Shown here: piece after piece, positions 1 through 8,055 of the stretch
Numbering within the stretch: the first letter of the stretch is position 1
Layout: each line of letters begins with the position of its first letter
Virus record (IMG/VR): IMGVR_UViG_3300047311_000868
Span: 1 to 49,072 of that record
From: a virus
Direction: 5' to 3' (one strand)
DNA: 49,072 nt
The notes under the pieces: model-generated
What the model was told of the DNA's origin: nothing
The model's input: only the letters and a program-made list of their open reading frames with translations
Databases searched by the model: none
Position numbers and translations under genes: made by a program

Positions 1-127
1 ATGCCTTTTTCTCTCCGACGACGACACCGGGGAGCGAGGCGCATCTCCAAACGATCGGCAGTCAGCCGCTCGTCAATCCCGCGTTGAGCGGCACGGGCGA
101 CTATCACCTCGTGACTGACACGGCGGC
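1..127. repeat. Terminal direct repeat, left copy (exact duplicate of 48946..49072); contig circularises
   Basis: Read directly: bases 1-127 (atgcctttttctctccgacg...gtgactgacacggcggc) are identical to the last 127 bases of the window. Confidence 0.97.
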
Positions 128-224
128 TGGCTTGACGCTTGGCTCTCCCTATAACGTGGATGCGGATGGCGTGACACGCGGCGTCAACGGCAATTGGTCC
201 CGCGGCGCGTATCAGAAACCCTAA
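1..224 (+). CDS. 3' end of the wrap-around beta-helix protein gene that begins at 47403 (partial; 1..127 duplicates the window end)
   Basis: The frame of the 47403 ORF continues across the junction (codon 126-128) to TAA at 222-224. The tail reads ...GDYHLVTDTAAGLTLGSPYNVDADGVTRGVNGNWSRGAYQKP*, a typical C-terminal end for parallel beta-helix enzymes. Confidence 0.8.
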   Translation, partial: AFFSPTTTPGSEAHLQTIGSQPLVNPALSGTGDYHLVTDTAAGLTLGSPYNVDADGVTRGVNGNWSRGAYQKP

Positions 225-2293
225 TGGCGATTGCACCTGTCGGCGGCGCGTCGGGCCATAACGGCAACGATACCTTTGCGACGGTCGCGTATACGCCGAC
301 GTCCACGAGCAATACCCTTGTCTTCACGTTAGCAATTGACAACGACGCGGCGGCGACTCTCAGTGTGGATGACAACGGTGGTGGGCATTCCGCCACTCAA
401 AGCGCGATTGTCTCAAATGGGGTACAACGTGTAGCAATATTTACGATGACGCCTCCGTCGACGGGCGCGTTGACCTTTAAGGGGTTGTCCTCCGTCGCCT
501 CACAAGACGTCGTCATCACGGTCGAGGAATATTCTGGCGTGTCCTCGATCGGGAATACCGGCACGAAGACAGGGTCCACGAGCCCGATGAACGTGGACGT
601 TGTCATGCAGGACACCAACAACTACGTCGTGGGTGGGTTTGCCTCGCGTGGCACGGCGGCGCCGACGACGGGCAACCCCGGCACGTTTCGACAAGGCGCA
701 TTCGATAATGCGGTAGACCGGGAAGCCTCAGGCCTCGCGGATCGCACGTCGGCCTCCACCGGCTCACTGAACGTCGGACTGACGATTCCTGGTGGCGATT
801 TCACATGGGCCGCTGTTGGTATTGAGCTTCGTGGACCTGTTACAGTAATCGCTCCTGCTCCACTATGGCCTTACAACCTCCAAACACAACAGGTTCCGGC
901 ATCTAAACTCTTTGCAAGGAATGCGAGGGTTCAACAAACTCTGTGGTTTACACCACAGGATACAACTTTTACCCCACCACCATCTGGTGATTCATACGCA
1001 CAGTTCAATGGTGGAGTAACGTCGTTAAGAGCGTCAAACCTCCAGTATGCAAAGCGCGCACTCTTTACTCACGTTTTACTTTGGGCGGATGCACAAGATC
1101 AGGGCTTAGCTGGGCCGATCCCGGATACATACACACCTCCAGTAAACCAAACCCCGTATTGGGATTCGGTTGAGCGAAACAAGAATCGGGCGATATTCTC
1201 TCAATTCCTCACGTGGAATGGTGGAGGAGATACTGTCCTTCTCCCCGCCCAGCACACTTACACACAACTACCACAGGTCTCGCCGTTATTCGATCAGAGA
1301 CAGAGGCTGTCCAATCTCCGGGCGGTTAAGGGCACCCTCTTCCACCTCGATACGTCGGCTGCTCCTCCTCCTCCAATACAGCCCGATACTTACGTACCCG
1401 ACATACAGGGATTGTCTTCGCTTCGGCAGGGGCAGAGCGCGTATAGTGCACGGTTGCAGTTTGCACTCGACCTTACCTGGAACTTTCCAGGTGATGTCTC
1501 CCTCCTGCCACCACAACCGGATACATACATCCAGCCAGTTCAGGGGGTGGGGGGCATACTAGCAGCGAATAAGGCCTTTGGTGGTAATGCACGTACCCTT
1601 TCGACGTTGTCGTGGAACTGGGCGAAGGATCAGAGTTTCACGGTAGTACAGCAGCACACATACATACAAGACATACAAGGGCTGTTAAGTAATGAGAGGG
1701 ATAGGTTAGCGCGTTTCAGAACTGCGGTGAAGGCGAACACAAGGATGTGGGAGACCTACCCCTTCCTTAGTATTCCACCACCACCACCAATTCCACAGCT
1801 ACTCGTCCTGACCGCAACTGTTAACTCGTTCTTGTTGACCTGGCAGAACGATCCTACGGCGTTGGTGTACAACGTGTATAGAGGCTTGCGGTCAGGCCAG
1901 GAAGCGTTGTATGGCATCTCTCTTACCCCTAACTTCGTTGACGCGAATGTTGTAAGGGGCATCACCTACTTCTACAGAGTTACGTCGGTTGTTATTCTCG
2001 AGTCGGACTTTAGTAACGAAGTCTTCGGCATGCTCCTCGCAAGTACGTCGGCCGAAGTTCCGTTGACGGGTGTTGATAGGGAGAGAAGGCACCAAGAGTG
2101 GTATGTGTGTGATAGGTGTGGCACGTACTACCCCCGGGAAAGGATGCTGAATCAAAACGGCTTGAACCTTTGCACTGGTGCTGACACCCACAACTGTTGG
2201 GATAAACGTGGACATGCTGTGAATGAGAGATTCCTTGACATCCCCTACGAACAACGTCCAGAGCCGTTGCCCTGGCAGGATGATGAGCTGTAA
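224..2293 (+). CDS. Tail fibre-like modular protein: N-terminal beta-sandwich-like domain, 7 tandem ~45-aa repeats, FN3-like domain, C-terminal Cys4 zinc-ribbon-like tail
   Basis: ORF-track frame 194..2293. The ATG at 224 overlaps the upstream stop (TAATG). It has recurring PDTY/QHTY repeats, an FN3-like stretch LTATVNSFLLTWQNDPTALVYNVYRG...YFYRVTSV, and a C-terminal CDRCG...LCTGADTHNC. Confidence 0.7.
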   Translation: MAIAPVGGASGHNGNDTFATVAYTPTSTSNTLVFTLAIDNDAAATLSVDDNGGGHSATQSAIVSNGVQRVAIFTMTPPSTGALTFKGLSSVASQDVVITVEEYSGVSSIGNTGTKTGSTSPMNVDVVMQDTNNYVVGGFASRGTAAPTTGNPGTFRQGAFDNAVDREASGLADRTSASTGSLNVGLTIPGGDFTWAAVGIELRGPVTVIAPAPLWPYNLQTQQVPASKLFARNARVQQTLWFTPQDTTFTPPPSGDSYAQFNGGVTSLRASNLQYAKRALFTHVLLWADAQDQGLAGPIPDTYTPPVNQTPYWDSVERNKNRAIFSQFLTWNGGGDTVLLPAQHTYTQLPQVSPLFDQRQRLSNLRAVKGTLFHLDTSAAPPPPIQPDTYVPDIQGLSSLRQGQSAYSARLQFALDLTWNFPGDVSLLPPQPDTYIQPVQGVGGILAANKAFGGNARTLSTLSWNWAKDQSFTVVQQHTYIQDIQGLLSNERDRLARFRTAVKANTRMWETYPFLSIPPPPPIPQLLVLTATVNSFLLTWQNDPTALVYNVYRGLRSGQEALYGISLTPNFVDANVVRGITYFYRVTSVVILESDFSNEVFGMLLASTSAEVPLTGVDRERRHQEWYVCDRCGTYYPRERMLNQNGLNLCTGADTHNCWDKRGHAVNERFLDIPYEQRPEPLPWQDDEL
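850..1800 (+). repeat. Intragenic tandem repeat array (about 7 units of ~135 nt / ~45 aa) inside the 224..2293 gene
   Basis: Units start with (Q)PDTY(T/V/I)xP / QHTY(T/I)Q and end near an aromatic xTW/xLW motif. At DNA level CCNGATACNTAC or CAGCACACNTAC recurs at about 1121, 1251, 1381, 1519 and 1650. Confidence 0.7.
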
Positions 2294-2295
2294 AG

Positions 2296-2919
2296 ATGGT
2301 TAGAAGGTCATACAACGATATTGACGCAGAGGTGCTACTCCGCCTTGCCAATAGGCAGGATATCACACCACAACAGAGGGGTTTCTTCATAAAGGACGCC
2401 TACCTCAACATTGCGATTATGTTCAGGCATGCGGAGATACAGAAGATCAGTCAGGCGGATGTTATTGCCGCCGGCACTGATTATATGGCGCCAACCACAA
2501 CAGACTTGTGGTTTCCGTCAGCCATCCGCAACGTAACGGATGGGTATTTGTTGAGGCAGGAGAGTCAGGAGAGGGTCGAGAGGGCGCAACTCAAACCTAC
2601 CTCCCGGCCTTACACGTATTATTGGTATGGCAAGACCTTCTACTTTGAGAGTTTTGCGGATACGGCGAAGATGCTAAGGATTTGGTACAAACGTAAGCCG
2701 GCTGACTTCTCTGGCGATGACTCTTCCGAACTCGACGAAATGTTCGACCCCTTTATCATTATGGAGGCTGCAAGGATTGGGTTTGAGACGGTGAGGGATT
2801 TTGATGAGGCAGAGAAGCAACTGCAGATTTTTCGGATGGAGGCTGCGTCGAAGAAGCTGCCGCTCGACCAGGCGAAGTTAAACGATTACCGGCAGGGATT
2901 TAGAGTGAGGTTTAAGTAA
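2296..2919 (+). CDS. Hypothetical virion protein (possible adaptor/neck protein)
   Basis: 207-aa ORF with its ATG 2 nt after the upstream stop, tightly packed in the structural block. No motif recognised. Confidence 0.6.
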   Translation: MVRRSYNDIDAEVLLRLANRQDITPQQRGFFIKDAYLNIAIMFRHAEIQKISQADVIAAGTDYMAPTTTDLWFPSAIRNVTDGYLLRQESQERVERAQLKPTSRPYTYYWYGKTFYFESFADTAKMLRIWYKRKPADFSGDDSSELDEMFDPFIIMEAARIGFETVRDFDEAEKQLQIFRMEAASKKLPLDQAKLNDYRQGFRVRFK

Positions 2920-2920
2920 C

Positions 2921-4132
2921 ATGCCTTATGTACAGTGGCACGCGCAGGACGAGGCGGGCAAGCCGTTAAAGGATTGCATCGTCTCTGGCACTTCTCCTAC
3001 CCTTGGGGATTGGACAGCTTTACCCACAAACAGTTGTGGTGATACGTTTGCGTTACTCGCGCCTGGTGCGTACGACGTTACCTTCCACAAGGAGGGGTAT
3101 GTAGATGATGGGTACTACCCCGCACATATTGGTGTGGAAGGCGGGCCAATCACCAAAGGCTTAATCCGTAGCCCTTTTGATCCCCCCTCAGACTGGACCG
3201 ACGACCAGCTGTGCGCGGTAAGAGGGGGAATGTGGACTGCACGGCTGGATGTGCCGTTTGGACCGCGGCCAGGCGACCCTTCGAACATAAATGCCCTTGA
3301 CTACCTCGAAAGCTTCGACGCGCCTACTCGCAAGAGAATGCTTGACAGTTATAAGCAAGTATACACCCACTGTCCCGACGGACCTCTCTATGATGAAGGA
3401 TATCACGGCAAGTATCCTGCTGTTGATTTTCGCAGCGATCCTACATCGTGGTTTGCGTTCATGAACGAGAAGTGGCAGGCGGGTATCTGCCCCATTCACT
3501 TCGCCTACCCCGACCTCTACGGCTTTGCGGACGACGCACTCGACCGCTTCATCGCAGACTTCACGCCTATCTACTCCTCGGAAGAGGCGCAGAAGTGTGT
3601 TAGGATGATTGTGCCGTATGGCTGGGAGAGAGGGTACGAGGTAACGTCTGCGATGTGGGTGAAGATGTTGCAGTGGGCGAGGCAGGTCCTCCCCAACGCT
3701 CTTGTTGGCATTCACCTCGTCTCAGACCAAGACGCGCCGACTGGAGGGGATGACTATAAGATTCCCGGCTGGACTAATGGCACGGCTTGGCAGGCTGTTG
3801 CGCCATACGTGCACTTTTGGCTGGTGCAAAACGCGGGGTATGTTGATGGGGTGAGTGAGGTACCGTCGGCAGAGTTCACCACCAACTTCACCAACCAATT
3901 TAAGAAGGGTGTGAGTGGAAGCCTTGCGGATAGGTTTGAGCATGGGTATGCTGGGTGGCCGACAAACAGCGCCTTTGGCCAGCATGTTGCGATTAAGTTG
4001 GTGGCGGGCGAGTTTGCGTCGTATCGTAACTTCTGGAGTAATTGGCAGGAGAAGTACGCGAAGCAGTTGGGCGATGCGGCAATTGCCGCAGGCGCAGTTG
4101 GTAGTTTTGATGGTTGTATTGAGATTCCGTAA
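2921..4132 (+). CDS. Hypothetical protein with N-terminal carboxypeptidase-regulatory-like beta-sandwich. It is a candidate cell-wall or polysaccharide hydrolase and a possible endolysin.
   Basis: 403-aa ORF. The N-terminus (GKPLKDCIVSG...GAYDVTFHKEGYVDD) resembles CarbopepD_reg-type domains. The C-terminal ~300 aa has alternating beta/alpha character. It sits directly upstream of lipoprotein and TM-protein genes. The function is an inference. Confidence 0.55.
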   Translation: MPYVQWHAQDEAGKPLKDCIVSGTSPTLGDWTALPTNSCGDTFALLAPGAYDVTFHKEGYVDDGYYPAHIGVEGGPITKGLIRSPFDPPSDWTDDQLCAVRGGMWTARLDVPFGPRPGDPSNINALDYLESFDAPTRKRMLDSYKQVYTHCPDGPLYDEGYHGKYPAVDFRSDPTSWFAFMNEKWQAGICPIHFAYPDLYGFADDALDRFIADFTPIYSSEEAQKCVRMIVPYGWERGYEVTSAMWVKMLQWARQVLPNALVGIHLVSDQDAPTGGDDYKIPGWTNGTAWQAVAPYVHFWLVQNAGYVDGVSEVPSAEFTTNFTNQFKKGVSGSLADRFEHGYAGWPTNSAFGQHVAIKLVAGEFASYRNFWSNWQEKYAKQLGDAAIAAGAVGSFDGCIEIP

Positions 4133-4143
4133 AGGGAGGATGT

Positions 4144-4470
4144 ATGAAAAAAGTATTTTTGGGGCTTGTACTCGCAGCGGCAGTTGGTTGTGCAAGTCTT
4201 CGTAACGCCGACGGTACCCTGAACGTTGTGCAGATCCTCGACGATGGAAGTTGGGGACTCGCGGCGGGTTGCAGCCAGCAGTGGGTACCGGCCGACGCGT
4301 GTGTGTTCGGGCAGGATGCTATCGCCATTGCGCGAGGCGCAGCACTTCGTAACCGTCAAACAGCAGTGTTGGCGGCGAGACAGGCACTTGTCGATGCGGA
4401 GGGTAAGATTCCGGCGGACTCGCGGTTGCGGCCGTACCTCGACGCTATCATCGTCCTTCTCGCAGTTTAA
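4144..4470 (+). CDS. Putative lipoprotein (spanin-like or surface-exclusion lipoprotein)
   Basis: MKKVFLGLVLAAAVGC has a signal peptide and lipobox-like AVGC. SD agggagga lies upstream. Confidence 0.6.
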   Translation: MKKVFLGLVLAAAVGCASLRNADGTLNVVQILDDGSWGLAAGCSQQWVPADACVFGQDAIAIARGAALRNRQTAVLAARQALVDAEGKIPADSRLRPYLDAIIVLLAV

Positions 4471-4478
4471 GGACGTCA

Positions 4479-4700
4479 ATGGAGGCCGAACTCGTCATCC
4501 ACAGTGCGGACGTGCTGGTGCTTGGCAGTGTGGTGTTTACTACGTTGAAGTACGCTATCCCGATGTTAGTCAGCACGAGAGATAGTATGCGGGATACAGC
4601 GAACTTGCTGAAGGAATTAAAGGCCGATTGGCAGGACCACGAGGAGAGGATAAGGGGCCTTGAGGGCTTGCCAGCACGCCGACGAAGAGGGGGAGAGTAA
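4479..4700 (+). CDS. Small single-pass membrane protein with charged coiled-coil tail (holin or i-spanin-like)
   Basis: 73 aa with hydrophobic VLVLGSVVFTTLKYAIPMLV followed by a charged tail ending RRRRGGE. The stop overlaps the next start (TAATG). Confidence 0.55.
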   Translation: MEAELVIHSADVLVLGSVVFTTLKYAIPMLVSTRDSMRDTANLLKELKADWQDHEERIRGLEGLPARRRRGGE

Positions 4701-5602
4701 TGTCATCACCTCCGTGGGCAAATTCGTGGGATGAGTCGAAGCCTAGTGACGTTGACCTTGCTAATACGTTGGGAGTGCAAGGCCGCATACATAAGTTCGA
4801 TGAGAGGCAACGTCTCGACTGGCAGCATGTGTGGGGCCAGAATGTAAATGACGATGGTGGTCACCGCAATATCGTCATTGCTGCTGCGTACATGGCGGCG
4901 AATCAAGAAGCATTCCGTGCGAGTGGTTATGCACTAAACGGTGCTGATGCGCATGCGGCGGTTGATATTGCCGGGACGTGGAATACATCCGGTAGTCCAA
5001 CGGGAATTAAGTTAAACATCACCAACAACGCAAGTGGTGGTGGTTCCCTACTCCTCGACTTGCAAGTTAACGGAGCGAGTAAGTTTAGTGTCGACACGAT
5101 CGGAAACGTGATTGCCTCAGGCACATTATCTGGTGGGGGACTTTTCCCAGCAGGTATGCTTGTCGCTTATGGCGGTATTACAGCACCAGGTGGTTGGTTG
5201 TTCTGTGATGGGAGTGCTGTTTCTCGTACAACATTCGCAGCGTTATTTGCGGCAATTGGTGGGCTGTATGGTGTTGGGGATGGAGCAACCACCTTCAACG
5301 TCCCTGATCTTCGTGGTAGGATTCCAATAGGGAAAACCACTCCTACTGGCGCTGCTACTTCTGGTGGAGCTCCTGGGGCAGATGTCGCGGGTAGTTTCCC
5401 GGTAGTTGAAGGCGCTTCAGCGCACTTTGCGGGGAGTATGTTGGGCTTTGATCTGGCGGCGGGACCTCGCCTCTATGCTTTTGATAGTAGTAGTGGTTGG
5501 ACTGCCTATAGTCCTAGCCAGACGGGTATTGGAGTGACGCCAGTAAAGACGTTTGGTGTGGACCTCCCCTTCGAGACGTTTAACTACATCATCAAAACAT
5601 AA
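4700..5602 (+). CDS. Tail fibre protein with phage tail-collar domain
   Basis: GMLVAYGGITAPGGWLFCDGSAVSRTTFAALFAAIGGLYGVGDGATTFNVPDLRGRIPIG matches the Collar-domain signature (P.GW..CdG...s...y..Lf..iG..yG.gdg.ttF.lPDLRGR). Confidence 0.85.
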   Translation: MSSPPWANSWDESKPSDVDLANTLGVQGRIHKFDERQRLDWQHVWGQNVNDDGGHRNIVIAAAYMAANQEAFRASGYALNGADAHAAVDIAGTWNTSGSPTGIKLNITNNASGGGSLLLDLQVNGASKFSVDTIGNVIASGTLSGGGLFPAGMLVAYGGITAPGGWLFCDGSAVSRTTFAALFAAIGGLYGVGDGATTFNVPDLRGRIPIGKTTPTGAATSGGAPGADVAGSFPVVEGASAHFAGSMLGFDLAAGPRLYAFDSSSGWTAYSPSQTGIGVTPVKTFGVDLPFETFNYIIKT

Positions 5603-5603
5603 C

Positions 5604-7178
5604 ATGCCTGGACAAGTACCTGTTGAACGTACGTTGACGGTGTACCCGTTAAAGGGCATGCATACCCTCGAAGCGGCGCAGAACGTGCCGGATGGTGCTT
5701 CACCTGACATGTTTAACTTCCAGGTGTATAGGGGGTATATTCGTAAGAGGCCGGGGTATACCCCGTACCAAGCGGTGAGTAACTTCCCCACTCCTCCTAT
5801 AACGGGCATTGTGAGTGTGCAGAGTACCGAAGGCGCGAGGAATTTGTTCGTTACTAACCCCTCAGGGCTTTATAAGTACAACACCGCCACAGCCGACTAC
5901 GACTTGATGACCGGCCCTGCCCTCACAGGTAGTGCGTTGGATTTGTTTGCGTTTGAGGTGAGCCAGAACAACCTCGTCTTCTGCCAGGGTGTTGACAACA
6001 TCATGGCGTTGCCTTTAACCGGCAATGTGTATGCGGAAATCAGTTCCAACTCCCAACCTACCCACTTTTTGTCGCGGTGGAATGGGAGGTTGTATACAGC
6101 CTTTACGGTGGAAGGGGGAATGAACGATCCGTTCCGCGTACGCTGGCCGGTTAACGGTGATCACACAGACTGGGTTGGGGTGGGTAGTGGTTTTAACGAC
6201 CTCACTGACGAAATCTACCAACTACAGAATATAAAGAAGTTGTTGGATACGTTGGTGGTATACGCGGAACGTAGTATCACCCTCGCTACGAAGACGGGTA
6301 ATAGCCTCGGACCCGCAACGTTTGCACTGCAAGTGAAGGATGTGGGGCTTGCGTCTCCTTTTACCCTCCAGGCCTTTAACACCCTCCACTTCTTTCTCGG
6401 GACGGACAACCTCTACGTCTTCCAAGGTACTACCGTCGTACCCATTGGTGATTCGTGTAGGGCAACTATCTTCAACCAGTTGAACCCCAACCAGCTCCCC
6501 TTCAACTTCGCGTTGTTGTTGTATGAGAGTCAGGAGTATGCTTGCTTCGTAGCGACTGGTGGCAACACCACCACAGATACCGCGTGGGTGTATAACTTCC
6601 AACGGCAGTGTTTGTACCCTTGGAAGTTCGCCAACCCACGTTTCACTTGCGGCGCAATACACTACCTCGACTCGTCTGTTACGATTGGCGCGTTGTCGGG
6701 CACCATCGCGGAACAAACTTGGGTTATTGGGTCGTTTACACTCTCGGCGAATTTCCCCATACCTGTGTTGGGAGGGTCGACTGGGGAAGTGTTTACTCTC
6801 ACCCCTGGCGTGCTATCGGACAACGGACATCCAATCCCATGCAGGTGGACGAGTAAGGATTACACGGCGAAGGACATCGATCCCAGCCTTGGGAATGATA
6901 TGATTACGTTGAGGGAGGTGGGGTTGGAGTACGTCGACCCAGGTACGGCTTTCACACTTCAATTCTACTTCTCCATTGACAGGGGCAAGTCGTGGTCAGG
7001 GCCATTCCCGATAACAGTTGGTGGTGGCCCTGTTGGGAGTGTTGGCGATACGATGTGTACGCGGCAGGTAACGGGCAGGCGTATAAGGTTTAAGGTTGAG
7101 AACACCACTATTAATGAACTACCCCAAATCCAATCATTCTCACCCACCTTGGAGCTGAGAAGGCAGAAGGTGACGTAG
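5604..7178 (+). CDS. Hypothetical tail/baseplate-like structural protein
   Basis: The ATG at 5604 is 1 nt after the upstream TAA (internal Met18 of ORF 5553..7178). 524 aa, beta-rich, no motif recognised. Confidence 0.6.
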   Translation: MPGQVPVERTLTVYPLKGMHTLEAAQNVPDGASPDMFNFQVYRGYIRKRPGYTPYQAVSNFPTPPITGIVSVQSTEGARNLFVTNPSGLYKYNTATADYDLMTGPALTGSALDLFAFEVSQNNLVFCQGVDNIMALPLTGNVYAEISSNSQPTHFLSRWNGRLYTAFTVEGGMNDPFRVRWPVNGDHTDWVGVGSGFNDLTDEIYQLQNIKKLLDTLVVYAERSITLATKTGNSLGPATFALQVKDVGLASPFTLQAFNTLHFFLGTDNLYVFQGTTVVPIGDSCRATIFNQLNPNQLPFNFALLLYESQEYACFVATGGNTTTDTAWVYNFQRQCLYPWKFANPRFTCGAIHYLDSSVTIGALSGTIAEQTWVIGSFTLSANFPIPVLGGSTGEVFTLTPGVLSDNGHPIPCRWTSKDYTAKDIDPSLGNDMITLREVGLEYVDPGTAFTLQFYFSIDRGKSWSGPFPITVGGGPVGSVGDTMCTRQVTGRRIRFKVENTTINELPQIQSFSPTLELRRQKVT

Positions 7179-7546
7179 TGAAGTTAAATGTCCAACTCAG
7201 CCAGAAGATGGTGGATGAAGGCTACTTGCGTGACCTCGTCTTGCGCTTGCGGTCGGTTATCGACAATGGCAGAATGGGCTTTGGAGATTTGGGGTCTGAA
7301 CCCGATAACATCTTTGGAAAGTTTATCCTCTTCAATACACCAGCTACGCCGGACACTGACATCATTCTCGACCACAACTTAGGCACGCTCCCAATGGGCT
7401 TTCTCGTTTTTGGTATGGTAGGCGGAGGCGGAGTCATTTACAACGGAGTGACAGCATGGACAACTACCCAGATATCCTTGAGGTGCAATCTTCCGAACAT
7501 CTTAGTCAAAGTATTCATTCTCGGCCAGAGCAACCAAGGCAGTTGA
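7178..7546 (+). CDS. Hypothetical structural protein
   Basis: 122-aa ORF. Its GTG start overlaps the upstream TAG, and SD gaaggtga lies upstream. Confidence 0.5.
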   Translation: MKLNVQLSQKMVDEGYLRDLVLRLRSVIDNGRMGFGDLGSEPDNIFGKFILFNTPATPDTDIILDHNLGTLPMGFLVFGMVGGGGVIYNGVTAWTTTQISLRCNLPNILVKVFILGQSNQGS

Positions 7547-8055
7547 CGGTTGACGACCTGCACCTGTTGCGGTTGGACGATATTGAGTACGTGCAGGAAC
7601 TGTTAGAGATGTACGCGGACATGGACGTGCCGAGGGAACACTTTGAAATCTTCAAGATAAACCTCTTGCAGCGGGTTGATAGTTGGTTTGTGGAGGCGTC
7701 TAACATAGGCCTCATCTACCTCACCAACATCGTGCCGGGCTTCACCGCCAACTTCCACGTCATCTTTTGGGACAAGAGGTTCGGCGCGAATAGACGAGAG
7801 ATTGTACGCAACGTCCTCGCAACAGCCTTTAGTGAATTCTTCCTCACGCGGATCACCGCACTCGTCCCTGAGACGAACGTACCCCTTGCCTATACGGAGC
7901 TGAAGAAGATCGGCTTCAAGCACGAGGGCGTGATGCGGAAGGGCTGGAGAGAGGTTGTGGACGTTGATTGCGTTGTGTATGGCTTGTTGAAAACGGAGGC
8001 AGTTGAATGGCAGCCAGTGGATCACCTGATGACTTCTTCGGCACCTCGTACTTGA
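7456..8055 (+). CDS. GNAT-family N-acetyltransferase (RimJ/RimL-like)
   Basis: The C-terminal ...ALVPETNVPLAYTELKKIGFKHEGVMRKGWREVVDVDCVVYGLLKTE matches the RimL-type GNAT end (N..s..l.eklGF..EG.lr......D...y.ll..e). The start is uncertain: the ATG at 7456 overlaps the upstream gene by 91 nt, and an alternative TTG at 7543 overlaps the upstream TGA. Confidence 0.55.
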   Translation: MDNYPDILEVQSSEHLSQSIHSRPEQPRQLTVDDLHLLRLDDIEYVQELLEMYADMDVPREHFEIFKINLLQRVDSWFVEASNIGLIYLTNIVPGFTANFHVIFWDKRFGANRREIVRNVLATAFSEFFLTRITALVPETNVPLAYTELKKIGFKHEGVMRKGWREVVDVDCVVYGLLKTEAVEWQPVDHLMTSSAPRT

